Source: Candidatus Limnocylindria bacterium
GTDB taxonomy: Bacteria; Chloroflexota; Limnocylindria; QHBO01
DNA: 64,000 nucleotides
Direction: 5' to 3'
Assembly (NCBI GenBank): GCA_036397815.1
Contig: DASWIE010000030.1
Coordinates: 3,272-67,271 of the forward strand
How positions within the stretch are numbered: the first letter of the stretch is position 1; each line of letters starts with the position of its first letter. A program made the translations under genes and the position numbers. Below are positions 49,352 to 58,858 of the stretch, piece by piece. Under the pieces are notes generated by a model. That model searched no databases. It saw only the letters and a program-made list of their open reading frames with translations, and was not told where the DNA came from.

Positions 49352-50193
49352 CCCCCACGGTGCCGCTGCGCCTCGACGCCCCGGCCAAGCTGAACCTGTC
49401 GCTCGCCGTCGTCGGTCGACGCCCTGATGGCTACCACCTGCTGGTCAGCGACCTGGTGCTGCTCGATCTCGCTGATCGGCTGCTGCTGATGCCCGGCTGC
49501 TCCGGCCTCCGCGTCGAGGCCCAGCCGGGCGAGGAGATCCCGCTCGGGCCGCGCGAGAACCTCGCCTGGCGCGGCCTGGTGGCCGGGCTTGGCGCGGAGC
49601 CAGAGCTCGCCTGCCTGACGGTCGAGAAGCAGATTCCCGCGGCTGCCGGGCTGGGCGGCGGCTCGTCGGACGCGGCGGCGGCCTGGCGGCTCGCGCGGCG
49701 CTGGCGCGGCGCAGACGAGGCGCCCGGCGAGCAGGACCTGGCGGCGCTCGCCGCGATCGGCGCCGACGTGCCGTTCTTCGCCTCGCGACTCTGCGCGGCG
49801 CGGGTGGAGGGGATCGGGGAGCGCGTCTCGGCGATCGAGCCGCCGAGCGGCGGTGAATTGGTGCTGCTGATCCATCCGCCGTTCCGCCTGTCGACCGCCG
49901 ATGTTTTCGCCGAGCTGCGCCCGGGCGAGATCGGCGGTCCCGCGCCGCCCGAGCCGGGGCGCAACGACCTGCTGGCTCCGGCGCGGCGCCTGCGCCCCGA
50001 GCTGGACGACCTCTTCCGGCTGGTGACGGCGGCCGGGGCGGCGCCGCGGCTGACCGGCAGCGGGCCGACGATCTTCGTCCGCAACGACGATCCCGAGCGA
50101 GTCGCCGCGCTGGCAGCCGGGCTGCGAGAGCTCGGTCTCCGCGTCACCGAAACGCGTCTGCGGCGCGAAGCGGCTAGCATCGAGGAGGCATGA
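49348..50193 (+). CDS. ispE: 4-diphosphocytidyl-2-C-methyl-D-erythritol kinase
   Basis: APAKLNLSLAVVGRRPDGYH.L.S, KQIPAAAGLGGGSSDAAA. ATGA overlap with rsmA. Confidence 0.92.
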   Translation: MTPTVPLRLDAPAKLNLSLAVVGRRPDGYHLLVSDLVLLDLADRLLLMPGCSGLRVEAQPGEEIPLGPRENLAWRGLVAGLGAEPELACLTVEKQIPAAAGLGGGSSDAAAAWRLARRWRGADEAPGEQDLAALAAIGADVPFFASRLCAARVEGIGERVSAIEPPSGGELVLLIHPPFRLSTADVFAELRPGEIGGPAPPEPGRNDLLAPARRLRPELDDLFRLVTAAGAAPRLTGSGPTIFVRNDDPERVAALAAGLRELGLRVTETRLRREAASIEEA

Positions 50194-50582
50194 GCGTGCG
50201 CACCCAGGTGATGACCAACGCCGCGCCCGCGGCGATCGGCCCCTACAGCCAGGCGATCCATGCCGGCGGCCTCGTGTTCACCGCTGGCCAGCTCGGGCTC
50301 GACCCGACCGGCGGCGAGCTGGCGGCCGGCGCAGCGGCGCAGGCGGATCGGGCGCTCCGCAACCTGTCGGCGATCCTGGACGCTGCCGGCACCTCGCTCG
50401 AGCGCGTGGTGAAGACCACCATCTTCCTGGCCGACATGGGGGACTTCGCGGCGGTCAACGAGGTCTACGCGGCGCACTTCTCGACCCCATATCCGGCCCG
50501 TTCGACGGTTGCGGTCAAGGCGCTCCCCAAGGACGCTCTGGTGGAGATCGAGGCGGTCGCGCTGGTCGAGACGCGCGGTTGA
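50190..50582 (+). CDS. ridA: RidA/YjgF-family reactive intermediate deaminase
   Basis: APAAIGPYSQAI.AGGLVFTAGQLGLDP.TGEL, LERVVKTTIFL.DM.DFAAVNEVYA..F...YPARS.V.V.ALPK.ALVEIEAVA. Confidence 0.88.
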   Translation: MSVRTQVMTNAAPAAIGPYSQAIHAGGLVFTAGQLGLDPTGGELAAGAAAQADRALRNLSAILDAAGTSLERVVKTTIFLADMGDFAAVNEVYAAHFSTPYPARSTVAVKALPKDALVEIEAVALVETRG

Positions 50583-50658
50583 CCGGCTTCATGCACCACG
50601 CATACCATCGGCGCCACTGTCCGTTCGATTTGGAGCACCCACGGGAGCACCCACACAC

Positions 50659-52116
50659 GTGCTAGCCACCGCGGCCATCGTCCTGGCCGCCGGGCAAGGG
50701 ACCCGGATGCGATCCCGTCTGCCCAAGGTCCTCCACCCATTGGCCGGCCGCCCGATGATCGAGCATGTGCTCGGCGCGCTCGCCAGCGCCGGCATCGAGC
50801 ACCGGGTGGTGGTCACCGGCCACGGCGCCGACCAGCTCGAGGCGGCGCTCGGCGAACGGGCCCCGACAGTCCGCCAGGAGCCCCAGCTGGGCACCGCCGA
50901 TGCGGTCCGGCAGGGGCTGAGCAGGGTGTCCTCAGGCGCGCGCCACGTTCTGGTGACAATGGGCGACGTTCCGCTGCTTCCCTCCGACCTTTTCCAGCGT
51001 CTCCTGCGCGAGCAGGCGGAGGGGGAGGCGACGGTGGCGCTGCTCTCGGCCCGCGTCGCCGATCCGACCGGGTACGGGCGGGTGCTGCGTGGCCCGGACG
51101 GCGGCGTGAGCGCGATCGTGGAGGAGGGCGACGCCGACCCCGCCACCCGGGCGATCGACGAGGTGAACGTCGGAACCTACTGCTTCGACGCCGCCTGGCT
51201 GCGCGCCAACGTGGGCCAGGTGCCCGCATCGGCCTCGGGGGAGTACTACCTCACCGACCTCGTGGCCATGGCGGTTGGCGGCGGCCGTCGCGTGGCGGTC
51301 GTGACCGCGCCGCGCGCCGAGCTGACGACCGGCATCAATGACCGTATCGCGCTGGCGGCCGCCGAGCGGCTGCTGCGCGCCGAGATCGCCGAGCGCCACA
51401 TGCGCAACGGGGTCACCATCGTCGACCCGGCGACCACCTACATCGACGCCGCGGTCGAGATCGGGCAGGACGCCCGTATCGAGCCGTGGACGGTGCTCAA
51501 GGGCGCGACCGTGATCGCGCAGGACGCGGTGATCGGCCCGCAGGCGGAGCTGCGTGACTCGCGCATCGGGCCGCGCACGGTCGTGTGGGCCAGCGTGATC
51601 GAGGAGTCGACCGTGGCCGAGGACGTGGAGATCGGTCCGTACAGCCACCTGCGCCCCGGCTGCCAGATCGGTCCTCGCTGCCGGATCGGCAATTACGCCG
51701 AGCTCAAGCAGACGCGCATGGGGGCCGGCACGCAGGTGCACCACTTCAGCTACCTGGGCGACGCCGAGGTGGGCGAGGAGGTCAACATCGGCGCTGGCAC
51801 GGTGACTGCTAACTTTGACGGCGTGCGGAAGCACCCGACGATCATCGGCGACGGTGCGTTCATCGGCGTCGACACCATGCTCCGCGCTCCAATCACCGTC
51901 GGGCCCGGGGCCAAGACCGGTGCCGGCGCCGTGGTGACGCGTGACGTCCCGGCCGGCAAGACGGTGGTCGGCATGCCGGCGCGTCTGATCGACGCCCGGC
52001 GGCGCAGCCGCGAGGCCAGCCCCGAGCCGCCTCCGGAGCCGGCCCCGGAGCCGGCGGCCTCGGCCGCCGATCGGAAACCGCAGGCGGGAGGCAGGTCGAA
52101 CCCGGCCGATGGCTGA
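50659..52116 (+). CDS. glmU: Bifunctional GlmU (UDP-N-acetylglucosamine pyrophosphorylase / glucosamine-1-phosphate N-acetyltransferase) with a Pro/Glu/Ala-rich C-terminal tail
   Basis: N-terminal AIVLAAGQGTRMRSRLPKVLHPLAGRPM, then a C-terminal left-handed beta-helix hexapeptide domain. GTG start at 50659; the track ORF runs from 50509. Confidence 0.92.
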   Translation: MLATAAIVLAAGQGTRMRSRLPKVLHPLAGRPMIEHVLGALASAGIEHRVVVTGHGADQLEAALGERAPTVRQEPQLGTADAVRQGLSRVSSGARHVLVTMGDVPLLPSDLFQRLLREQAEGEATVALLSARVADPTGYGRVLRGPDGGVSAIVEEGDADPATRAIDEVNVGTYCFDAAWLRANVGQVPASASGEYYLTDLVAMAVGGGRRVAVVTAPRAELTTGINDRIALAAAERLLRAEIAERHMRNGVTIVDPATTYIDAAVEIGQDARIEPWTVLKGATVIAQDAVIGPQAELRDSRIGPRTVVWASVIEESTVAEDVEIGPYSHLRPGCQIGPRCRIGNYAELKQTRMGAGTQVHHFSYLGDAEVGEEVNIGAGTVTANFDGVRKHPTIIGDGAFIGVDTMLRAPITVGPGAKTGAGAVVTRDVPAGKTVVGMPARLIDARRRSREASPEPPPEPAPEPAASAADRKPQAGGRSNPADG

Positions 52117-52122
52117 CCGGCG

Positions 52123-53496
52123 ATGATCGACAACTGGCTCATCGACCTGGCCATCGTCGCAGGGCTGATCCTGATCGGCGGCTTCTTCGCGGCCTCCGAG
52201 ATCGCGCTGATCACCGTCAAGCGCCACCGCCTGAACCAGCTGATCAGCGAGGGCAACCGCGGCGCGCGGACCGCGAAGCGGGTCACCGACGACCCGAGCC
52301 GCTTCCTGGCCACGATCCAGATCGCGATCACCTTCCTCGGCTTCCTGGCCGCCGCGGTCGGTGCCGTCTCGCTCTCCCGCTCGCTGGAGGGGCTGATCGG
52401 GATCATCCCGTTCCTGAGCGACGCCGCCGCCGCCGGGATCAGCTTCGTGCTGGTCACGCTCTTCATCGCGCTGGCGTCGATCATCGTCGGCGAGCTGGTG
52501 CCCAAGACGCTGGCGCTCACCTTCGCAGACCGCTTCGCGCTGGTGGTCGCCCCGGCCATCGGCCTCCTCGACCGCGTCCTGCGGCCGATCGTCTGGCTCG
52601 TGTCGAGCGTCTCCAACGTCCTCGTCCGGCTGCTGGGGGGCACGGAGCGGCCGCAGGCCGGCTACCTGTCGACCGAGGAGCTGAAGATGCTGGTCGAGAC
52701 CGGCAGCGAGACGGGCGGTATCGAGAAGGACGAGAAGGAGATGATCCACGGCGTCATCGAGCTCGGCGAGACGCAGGTCCACGAGGTGATGGTGCCGCGC
52801 ATCGGGATCCAGGCGATCGAGGTCAACGACCCGATCGACGACGTGCTCGACATGATCATCCGGGCGGGCCACTCGCGCCTGCCGGTGTACGAGGAGAGCC
52901 TGGACAACGTCGTCGGCATCCTCTACGCCAAGGACCTGCTGCCCTACCTGAAGCGCGACGGCGGTGAGACGCCCCAGATCGACATCCGCAAGATCGCCCG
53001 ACCGCCGGTCTACGTCCCGGAGACGATGGCGGTCGACGAGCTGCTGCACCAGATGCAGTCCACCAAGCGCCACATCGCGATCGTGGTGGACGAGTACGGT
53101 GGGACCGCCGGGCTGATCACGCTCGAGGACGTGGTCGAGGAGATCGTGGGCGAGATCCAGGACGAGTACGACACCGAGGAGTCGCTGGTCGAGCCGATCG
53201 AGTCGGACGGGCAGCGAGCCTTCCGGCTGGACGGCCGGGTGAGCATGGACGACCTGCGCGACCTCTTCGAGCTCCCTGATACCGAGGAGGAGGACGAGGA
53301 GGCGTACGACACGGTCGGCGGGTTCATCGTGCACCGGGTCGGCCGGATCCCGCTCCCCGGCGCGGAGGTCCCCTTCCAGGACGTCATGCTGAAGGTCGAG
53401 GCCGCCGAGCCCCGGCGCGTCGCCAAGGTTCTGGCCACGCGTCCGGAGCGGACGAACGGCGAGGAGAACGGCTCAGAGCCTGCGCCGCAGTCCTAA
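52123..53496 (+). CDS. CNNM/HlyC-CorC-family transporter-like protein (DUF21 TM domain, CBS pair, CorC-HlyC domain)
   Basis: The N-terminal 4-TM region carries FFAASEIALI...; two CBS-like segments; C-terminal ..PG..V.F.D......V..A....V.KV.... Confidence 0.85.
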   Translation: MIDNWLIDLAIVAGLILIGGFFAASEIALITVKRHRLNQLISEGNRGARTAKRVTDDPSRFLATIQIAITFLGFLAAAVGAVSLSRSLEGLIGIIPFLSDAAAAGISFVLVTLFIALASIIVGELVPKTLALTFADRFALVVAPAIGLLDRVLRPIVWLVSSVSNVLVRLLGGTERPQAGYLSTEELKMLVETGSETGGIEKDEKEMIHGVIELGETQVHEVMVPRIGIQAIEVNDPIDDVLDMIIRAGHSRLPVYEESLDNVVGILYAKDLLPYLKRDGGETPQIDIRKIARPPVYVPETMAVDELLHQMQSTKRHIAIVVDEYGGTAGLITLEDVVEEIVGEIQDEYDTEESLVEPIESDGQRAFRLDGRVSMDDLRDLFELPDTEEEDEEAYDTVGGFIVHRVGRIPLPGAEVPFQDVMLKVEAAEPRRVAKVLATRPERTNGEENGSEPAPQS

Positions 53497-53505
53497 ATCG
53501 AAGTC

Positions 53506-54561
53506 CTAGATCGAGATCACCGACTCGACCAGCAGCCGAAGCGCGGCCCGGTTCTCTTCCGGGACGGACAGGGCGGCGACGTTGGCGAGCGCCATCTCCC
53601 GGTAGCGGAGCGCCTCGCGCCTGGCGTGCTCATGCGCGCCGCTGCGTTCCAGGATCGCCAGCACCTCGTCCACCTGCTCCTGCGTCATCGGCACCTCGAC
53701 CTCCGGCGGCAGGCTGCCATCGGTGGCCCTGATCGGCTGGTAGATCTCGCGCAGCCGTGCGGCGTCGGGCTCGGAGGCATGCTGCAGCGCCCACACCAGC
53801 GGAAGCGTCTTCTTGCGCTTGCGAACGTCGCCCGCCACCGGCTTGCCCGAGTCTCGCGTCGCCCAGAAGGTGCCCTTCAGGTCATCGGCCATCTGGAAGG
53901 CGATTCCGAGCTCGAAGCCGAAGCGGCGGAAGGCCTCGACGGTCTCCTCGTCGCGGTCGGCCAGCATGGCGCCCTGCTGCAGTGACGCGCCCAGCAGCGC
54001 GGCGGTCTTCTTGCCGATCATCTCCATGTACTCGTCCACGGTGACGTCCACCCGCCGCTCGAAGCTGATGTCCAGGTACTGCCCCTCGCACAGCGCCAGG
54101 CAGGTCTCGTCGTAGACGTGCATCACGTCAAGCAGCTTCTGCGGCTCGTACTTCTCCGAGTGCACGAGCCGATAGAGCGCGAGCCGTGACAGCGCGAACA
54201 GGGCGTCGCCGGCGTTGATGGCCATAGGCACCCCCCAGATCGCCCACAGGGTGGGCCGATGCCGTCGCTCGCGATCCGAATCCTCGATGTCGTCGTGGAC
54301 CAGGCTGAAGTTGTGGCCGAGCTCGACCGCGGCGGCGGCAGGCAGCGCGTCGTCATGGTTGCCGACCAGCGCCTCGTAGGCGAGCAGGCCGAGGAGGGGT
54401 CGCATCCGCTTGCCGCGCGGCCCCTCCGTCTGGTCCAGGCCGAGGTGGTAGGCGAGCATCTCGTACAGCGGCCGCGCGTGGCCCTGCCGCTCGTCGAGCA
54501 CGGACCGCATCTCGCCCTCGATCTCGGCCAGCAGGTCGTTAAACTCGGTCTGGATGTCCAC
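53506..54561 (-). CDS. Short-chain (E)-polyprenyl diphosphate synthase (FPP/GGPP synthase type)
   Basis: GKRMRPLL, first Asp-rich motif [18 protein letters not shown] (DD....D type, with Phe at -5), second motif MADDLKG. The start is placed at GTG 54561 (alternative ATG 54510). The track ORF extends to 55203, but the extra 214 N-terminal codons are Arg/Ala-rich with no homology signal. Confidence 0.8.
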   Translation of the reverse strand: MDIQTEFNDLLAEIEGEMRSVLDERQGHARPLYEMLAYHLGLDQTEGPRGKRMRPLLGLLAYEALVGNHDDALPAAAAVELGHNFSLVHDDIEDSDRERRHRPTLWAIWGVPMAINAGDALFALSRLALYRLVHSEKYEPQKLLDVMHVYDETCLALCEGQYLDISFERRVDVTVDEYMEMIGKKTAALLGASLQQGAMLADRDEETVEAFRRFGFELGIAFQMADDLKGTFWATRDSGKPVAGDVRKRKKTLPLVWALQHASEPDAARLREIYQPIRATDGSLPPEVEVPMTQEQVDEVLAILERSGAHEHARREALRYREMALANVAALSVPEENRAALRLLVESVISI

Positions 54562-54588
54562 TCCGAGAGCGTACCCGACCGGAGACCG

Positions 54589-55374
54589 ATGAGCCGCGCA
54601 CGCCTCTACAAGACGGAGGGCATCGTCCTGCGCTCGATGGACCTGGGCGAGGCGGATCGGGTGCTCACCGTGCTCACCCCGCGGCTCGGCAAGCTGCGCG
54701 TCATCGCCAAGGGGATCCGTCGCCCGCGCTCCCGCCTGGGCGGGGGATTGGAGCCGTTCAGCGACGTTCACCTGGTACTGGCGGTGGGGCGCACCTTCGA
54801 CGTCGTCACTCAGGCCGCGCTCGAGGACCCGCACCTTGGCCTGCGCAACGACCTGCATTCCACGGCGGCGGCCTGGTACCTCATCGAGCTGGCCGACCGC
54901 TTCTGCGAGGGGACGGCCGACTCGCACGGCGCCTTCATCCTGCTGGCGCAGAGCCTCAGCGCCCTGGATGCCGCCCCGCTCGACGTGTCGCGCGAGGTCG
55001 TGGCCCGCTGGTTCGAGCTGCACCTCCTCGATGCGATGGGCTTCCGGCCGGAGCTGACGACCTGCCTGGAGTGCGGCGCCGGGATCGGGCCGGAGGGGAA
55101 CGCGTTCTCGCCGGTCGCCGGCGGCGTGGTGGGCCCCGAGTGCGCGCACGCCTCGCTGGGCGCGCGGTCGATCTCGGCGGAAGGGCTCAAGGTCCTGCGC
55201 CATCTGCAGCGATCCTCGCTGACCGCGGTCCTGCGACTACAGGTTCCCTCGGCGCTGCATCGGGAGGTGGAGCGGCTGCTGCACGCAACCGTCTCAGCCG
55301 TCCTGGAGCGCGAGCTGCGCACCCGCGACTTCCTTGCCGAGGTCGCGGCCCGCGAGGCCGCCGTCCTGACGTGA
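54589..55374 (+). CDS. recO: DNA repair protein RecO
   Basis: [57 protein letters not shown], zinc motif CLECG...C. GGAG lies 4 nt before the ATG (track ORF from 54259). Confidence 0.92.
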   Translation: MSRARLYKTEGIVLRSMDLGEADRVLTVLTPRLGKLRVIAKGIRRPRSRLGGGLEPFSDVHLVLAVGRTFDVVTQAALEDPHLGLRNDLHSTAAAWYLIELADRFCEGTADSHGAFILLAQSLSALDAAPLDVSREVVARWFELHLLDAMGFRPELTTCLECGAGIGPEGNAFSPVAGGVVGPECAHASLGARSISAEGLKVLRHLQRSSLTAVLRLQVPSALHREVERLLHATVSAVLERELRTRDFLAEVAAREAAVLT

Positions 55375-55679
55375 CCGTGGCGCGGCTGCGAATCGAGCGA
55401 GCGATACGCAGATGTTCACGAGGAGAGCCGTAGCGAGGCACTCGAGCCGATGTCGGCTCGCCACGGCCGCGTCTCACGCTCAGCAGCACCTCGCCCCCGG
55501 GACGAAACGGCGTCATCCCCAGGCTAATGGTCTGTACATGCGCATTTGCGTAATTCGGCGGATCGTCTCCGGTGCGCAGGCGGCTGCCTGACCTGACCGG
55601 TTCTCCAGTCGGTGCCTGCTAGACTCGAACGCCCACCCATCGGTCCAACATCTGGTGCACCGGAGGCCATCCAGAGACC
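55375..55679 (+). promoter_or_regulatory. 300-nt untranslated leader upstream of glyQS; candidate structured regulatory RNA (T-box-like?)
   Basis: Length and position are typical of tRNA-sensing leaders. It contains a perfect hairpin GAGCCGA-tg-TCGGCTC, the segment TGGTGCACCGGAGG (a partial resemblance to the T-box AGGGTGGNACCGCG), and motif copy C. It was not verifiable by eye. Confidence 0.3.
55632..55646 (+). repeat. Copy C of the dispersed motif CCCACCCATCGGTCC, 33-48 nt upstream of the glyQS start
   Basis: Exact 15/15 match to copy A. Confidence 0.55.
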
Positions 55680-57053
55680 GTGCCTGCCCCCAACATGGAG
55701 GTCATTGTCAGCCTCGCCAAGCGGCGGGGGTTCGTCTTTCCCTCCAGCGAGATCTACGGTGGCATGGGCGGCTTCTGGGACTACGGGCCCCTGGGCGTGG
55801 AGCTCAAGAACAACGTCAAGGCCGCCTGGTGGCGCTCCATGGTCCAGCTCCGCGACGACGTGGTGGGTATCGACGCGGCGATCATCATGAACCCTCGGGT
55901 CTGGGAGGTCTCCGGCCACGTCGGCGGCTTCAGCGACCCCATGGTCGACTGTCGCAACTGCAAGCTCCGCTTCCGGGCGGACGACCTCAAGGGCAAGCCG
56001 TCCGAGATCGCATGCCCGAACTGCGGCATGAAGGGCACCCTGACCGAGGCCCGCCAGTTCAACCTCATGTTCAAGACCAACGTCGGGCCGGTCGAGGAGA
56101 CGGCGAGCGAGGCGTACCTGCGCCCCGAGACCGCCCAGGGCATATTCGTCAACTTCGATAACGTCGCCACCACCACCCGCAAGAAGCTGCCGTTCGGGAT
56201 CGCGCAGGTCGGCAGGGCCTTTCGCAACGAGATCACGCCGGGCAACTTCATCTTCCGCGACCGCGAGTTCGAGCTGATGGAGCTGGAGTTCTTCGTCCAT
56301 CCCAGCCAGGAGGACGAGTGGTTCGTCTACTGGGTCACCGAGCGCCTGCGCTGGTGGACCGATGTGATGGGGATCGACCGATCCCGCCTGCGCCTTCGCC
56401 CGCACGAGGCCGATGAGCTCTCCCACTACTCGAAGCAGACGACCGATGTGGAGTACGCCTTCCCGATGGGCTGGTCCGAGCTGGAGGGCGTGGCCGACCG
56501 CACCGACTTCGACCTCTCAGCCCACGCTGCCGGCTCCGGCAAGGGGCTCGCCGTCTTCGACGAGGCGAGCGGGGAGCACGTCACGCCCTTCGTCATCGAG
56601 CCGGCGATGGGCGTGGATCGTGCGGTGCTCACCGTCCTTCTCGACGGCTATACGGAGGAGCAGGTCGCCGGCGAGCGGCGCGTGGTCCTGCGCGTGGCGC
56701 CATCGCTGGCGCCCGTGAAGGTGGCGGTGATGCCGCTCCTTCGCAACCGGCCGGAGCTGGTCGAGCGGGCGCGGGCGCTGACCGCCGAGCTGAAGCCGCG
56801 CATGGCGGCGATCTACGACGACACCGCCTCCATCGGGAAGCTCTACCGCCGCCAGGACGAGATCGGCACGCCGTACTGCGTGACGGTCGACGTCGACTCC
56901 CTCGACGATGGGGCGGCCACTATCCGCGAGCGCGACTCGATGACCCAGGAGCGCGTGGCGATGGGGGACATCCCGGGTCGGCTCGCCGCGCTCCTGGACG
57001 GCACGGCGCCGTGGGAGGGCGTGCCGCGCGAGGCGGGCGATGTCCCCGCCTGA
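55680..57053 (+). CDS. glyQS: Glycine--tRNA ligase, homodimeric (alpha2) type
   Basis: VSLAKRRGFVFPSSEIYGG..G.WDYGPLGVELKNN.K..WW, class II motifs, and a C-terminal anticodon-binding domain. Start GTG 55680 or ATG 55695. Confidence 0.93.
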   Translation: MPAPNMEVIVSLAKRRGFVFPSSEIYGGMGGFWDYGPLGVELKNNVKAAWWRSMVQLRDDVVGIDAAIIMNPRVWEVSGHVGGFSDPMVDCRNCKLRFRADDLKGKPSEIACPNCGMKGTLTEARQFNLMFKTNVGPVEETASEAYLRPETAQGIFVNFDNVATTTRKKLPFGIAQVGRAFRNEITPGNFIFRDREFELMELEFFVHPSQEDEWFVYWVTERLRWWTDVMGIDRSRLRLRPHEADELSHYSKQTTDVEYAFPMGWSELEGVADRTDFDLSAHAAGSGKGLAVFDEASGEHVTPFVIEPAMGVDRAVLTVLLDGYTEEQVAGERRVVLRVAPSLAPVKVAVMPLLRNRPELVERARALTAELKPRMAAIYDDTASIGKLYRRQDEIGTPYCVTVDVDSLDDGAATIRERDSMTQERVAMGDIPGRLAALLDGTAPWEGVPREAGDVPA

Positions 57054-57714
57054 CGAGTCACGCCCGGACGACGTGCGCGCGGTCGAGATCGTCGGGGCCG
57101 GGTACGACCGCATGGCGGCGCGGTACCTCGCCAGCAACCGGTCGGGCGGGGCCCGCGACCGGTACCTGGAGCGGCTCCTGGCCCTGCTCACCGCGGCGTC
57201 CGACGTCCTGGAGCTCGGCTGCGGCGCCGGTGAGCCGGTGACGCGAGGGCTGGCACAGAGGCATCGCGTCACTGCGGTGGACATCTCGGCCGAGCAGCTG
57301 CGCATGGCCGCCGCGCGCGCGCCCGGTGCCCGTTTCCTGCAGGCAAGCATGCTCGACGTGGCCTTCGAGGCCGCCACGTTCGACGCGGTGGCGGCCTTCT
57401 GCGCGATCACCCACGTCCCGCGCCAGCACCACGCCGACCTGCTGGGGCGGATCGCCGGTTGGCTGCGCCCTGGCGGCGTGCTGCTCATCTCGATGGGCGC
57501 GAGCGACGACCCCGGGACCGTCGAGGGGGACTGGCTCGGCGTGCCGATGTACTTCAGCCACTTCGACGCCGTCACCAACCAGGGGCTGGTGCAGCGCGCC
57601 GGCTTCGAGCTGGTCGAGGCGGAGGTCGTCGAGGAGATCGGCCCGGACGGAACGGCCGAGCGATTCCTGTGGATCATCGGCAGACGCCTTCGCGGCGCGG
57701 AGGCGGGCGGATGA
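57040..57714 (+). CDS. Class I SAM-dependent methyltransferase
   Basis: Motif I VLELGCGAGEP, then D.V......H.P......L..I...L.PGGVLLIS. Confidence 0.75.
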   Translation: MSPPDESRPDDVRAVEIVGAGYDRMAARYLASNRSGGARDRYLERLLALLTAASDVLELGCGAGEPVTRGLAQRHRVTAVDISAEQLRMAAARAPGARFLQASMLDVAFEAATFDAVAAFCAITHVPRQHHADLLGRIAGWLRPGGVLLISMGASDDPGTVEGDWLGVPMYFSHFDAVTNQGLVQRAGFELVEAEVVEEIGPDGTAERFLWIIGRRLRGAEAGG

Positions 57715-58463
57715 CCCGCCGCGGGACTGCGCTCGCCTCGGTCCAAGAGGCGTTCGATCGCGGCGATCACCAGGCCGTGCTGCGCCTGACCGAGTCGATC
57801 CTCGCCGAGCGACCCGGCGACGATGCCGCCCACGAGTTCCGCGCGCGCTCGCTCCTGGCACTGGGACGTGCCGAGGAGGCCGAGCGGCATGCCAGCGATG
57901 CGGTCCGCCTGGACCCCGATGAGATCCGCTATCGCGAGCTGTTGGCGCAGGCCCTGGCGGCTGGTGGGGCGCACCGCGACGCCGCCGTGGAATACCGGCG
58001 CCTGGCGCTCAACGACCCGCGACAGGCTGCCTGGATCGTGGCCGAGGCCGCCGAGCGCCTTGACGCGGCGCAGGCCACGGAAGCGGTCGACGCCGCCCGA
58101 CGCGCCGTGCGGCTGGATCCGCGGAACGCGGCGGGCCAGCTGGCCCTGGCCCAGGGGCTGGCGCGAATCGGCGATGCCCGTGGCGCGCTGCAGGCCGCCG
58201 GATCTGCGGTCGAGCTGCTGCCCGGCGATCCCGCCGCCCGCGAGGCGCTGGCGGACGCCCACTGGCTGTCCGGTCAGGAGGCCGCCGCCTTCTCGGACTT
58301 CCGCGGCCTGGCGATGGAGCTCAGCGGGCCGGCGCGCGAGCGGGTGCTCCGCAAGGCGCGAGCCCTGTACAGCCGGCGGGCGGGGCCGTTCGGGCGCGTC
58401 CTCGCCGCCGTGCCGTGGGCGTTCGCCGTCGCCCTGCGGCGCGGCTGGGCGCAGGTCGGGTGA
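57711..58463 (+). CDS. TPR-repeat protein
   Basis: Repeated ..A......A..L.P degenerate TPR units. ATGA overlap with the methyltransferase (track ORF from 57459). Confidence 0.6.
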   Translation: MTRRGTALASVQEAFDRGDHQAVLRLTESILAERPGDDAAHEFRARSLLALGRAEEAERHASDAVRLDPDEIRYRELLAQALAAGGAHRDAAVEYRRLALNDPRQAAWIVAEAAERLDAAQATEAVDAARRAVRLDPRNAAGQLALAQGLARIGDARGALQAAGSAVELLPGDPAAREALADAHWLSGQEAAAFSDFRGLAMELSGPARERVLRKARALYSRRAGPFGRVLAAVPWAFAVALRRGWAQVG

Positions 58464-58858
58464 GCGCCGGTCGCCGGCCGACGCCCTCGGCCGCCGGATC
58501 GGGCACCACCGCGGGGGTGCTGCGAGACCATTTGGCCGCCGCGCTGGGGAGCGCCATGCGTCGGGCCGAGCCGGAGGCGGTGGCCCTGACCGCCGATCGC
58601 ACGAAGGCCATGGCGGTGGCGCTGGTCGGCCTCCCCGATTCGACGCCGGTCGACCTGACTCGCCTGGAAGTCGGCACCCGCCAGGCGGGTGTGATCCTGG
58701 GCTTCCATCCCGAGCACGTGCGGCGTCTGATTCGATCCGGCCGCCTGCGTGCCCGGCGGCTGGGCGGGGACTACCGCGTGACGCTCGACGACCTGTGGCC
58801 GCTGATCGAGGTGCGATACCGTGAGCCCGGCCGGCGCCGGCTGCGGCCGCGGCGATGA
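58415..58858 (+). CDS. Helix-turn-helix DNA-binding protein (excisionase/MerR-like HTH_17 fold)
   Basis: LTRLEVGTRQAGVILGFHPEHVRRLIRSGRLRARRLGGDYRVTLDDL. The start could instead be GTG at about 58460, overlapping the upstream stop. Confidence 0.55.
   Translation: MGVRRRPAARLGAGRVSAGRRPTPSAAGSGTTAGVLRDHLAAALGSAMRRAEPEAVALTADRTKAMAVALVGLPDSTPVDLTRLEVGTRQAGVILGFHPEHVRRLIRSGRLRARRLGGDYRVTLDDLWPLIEVRYREPGRRRLRPRR

Noticed and set aside
55662-55695. GGAGG at 55662-55666 as the glyQS ribosome-binding site
   Set aside because: It is 13 nt from GTG 55680 and about 29 nt from ATG 55695, which is too far for a standard SD. It may instead belong to the leader RNA structure, so the true start and the translation mechanism remain uncertain.
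58415-58858. Excisionase-like HTH gene as evidence of an integrated mobile element or prophage
   Set aside because: There is no integrase, transposase, tRNA attachment site or direct repeats nearby. The gene is translationally coupled to housekeeping-like neighbours, so it is more likely a MerR/excisionase-fold regulator.
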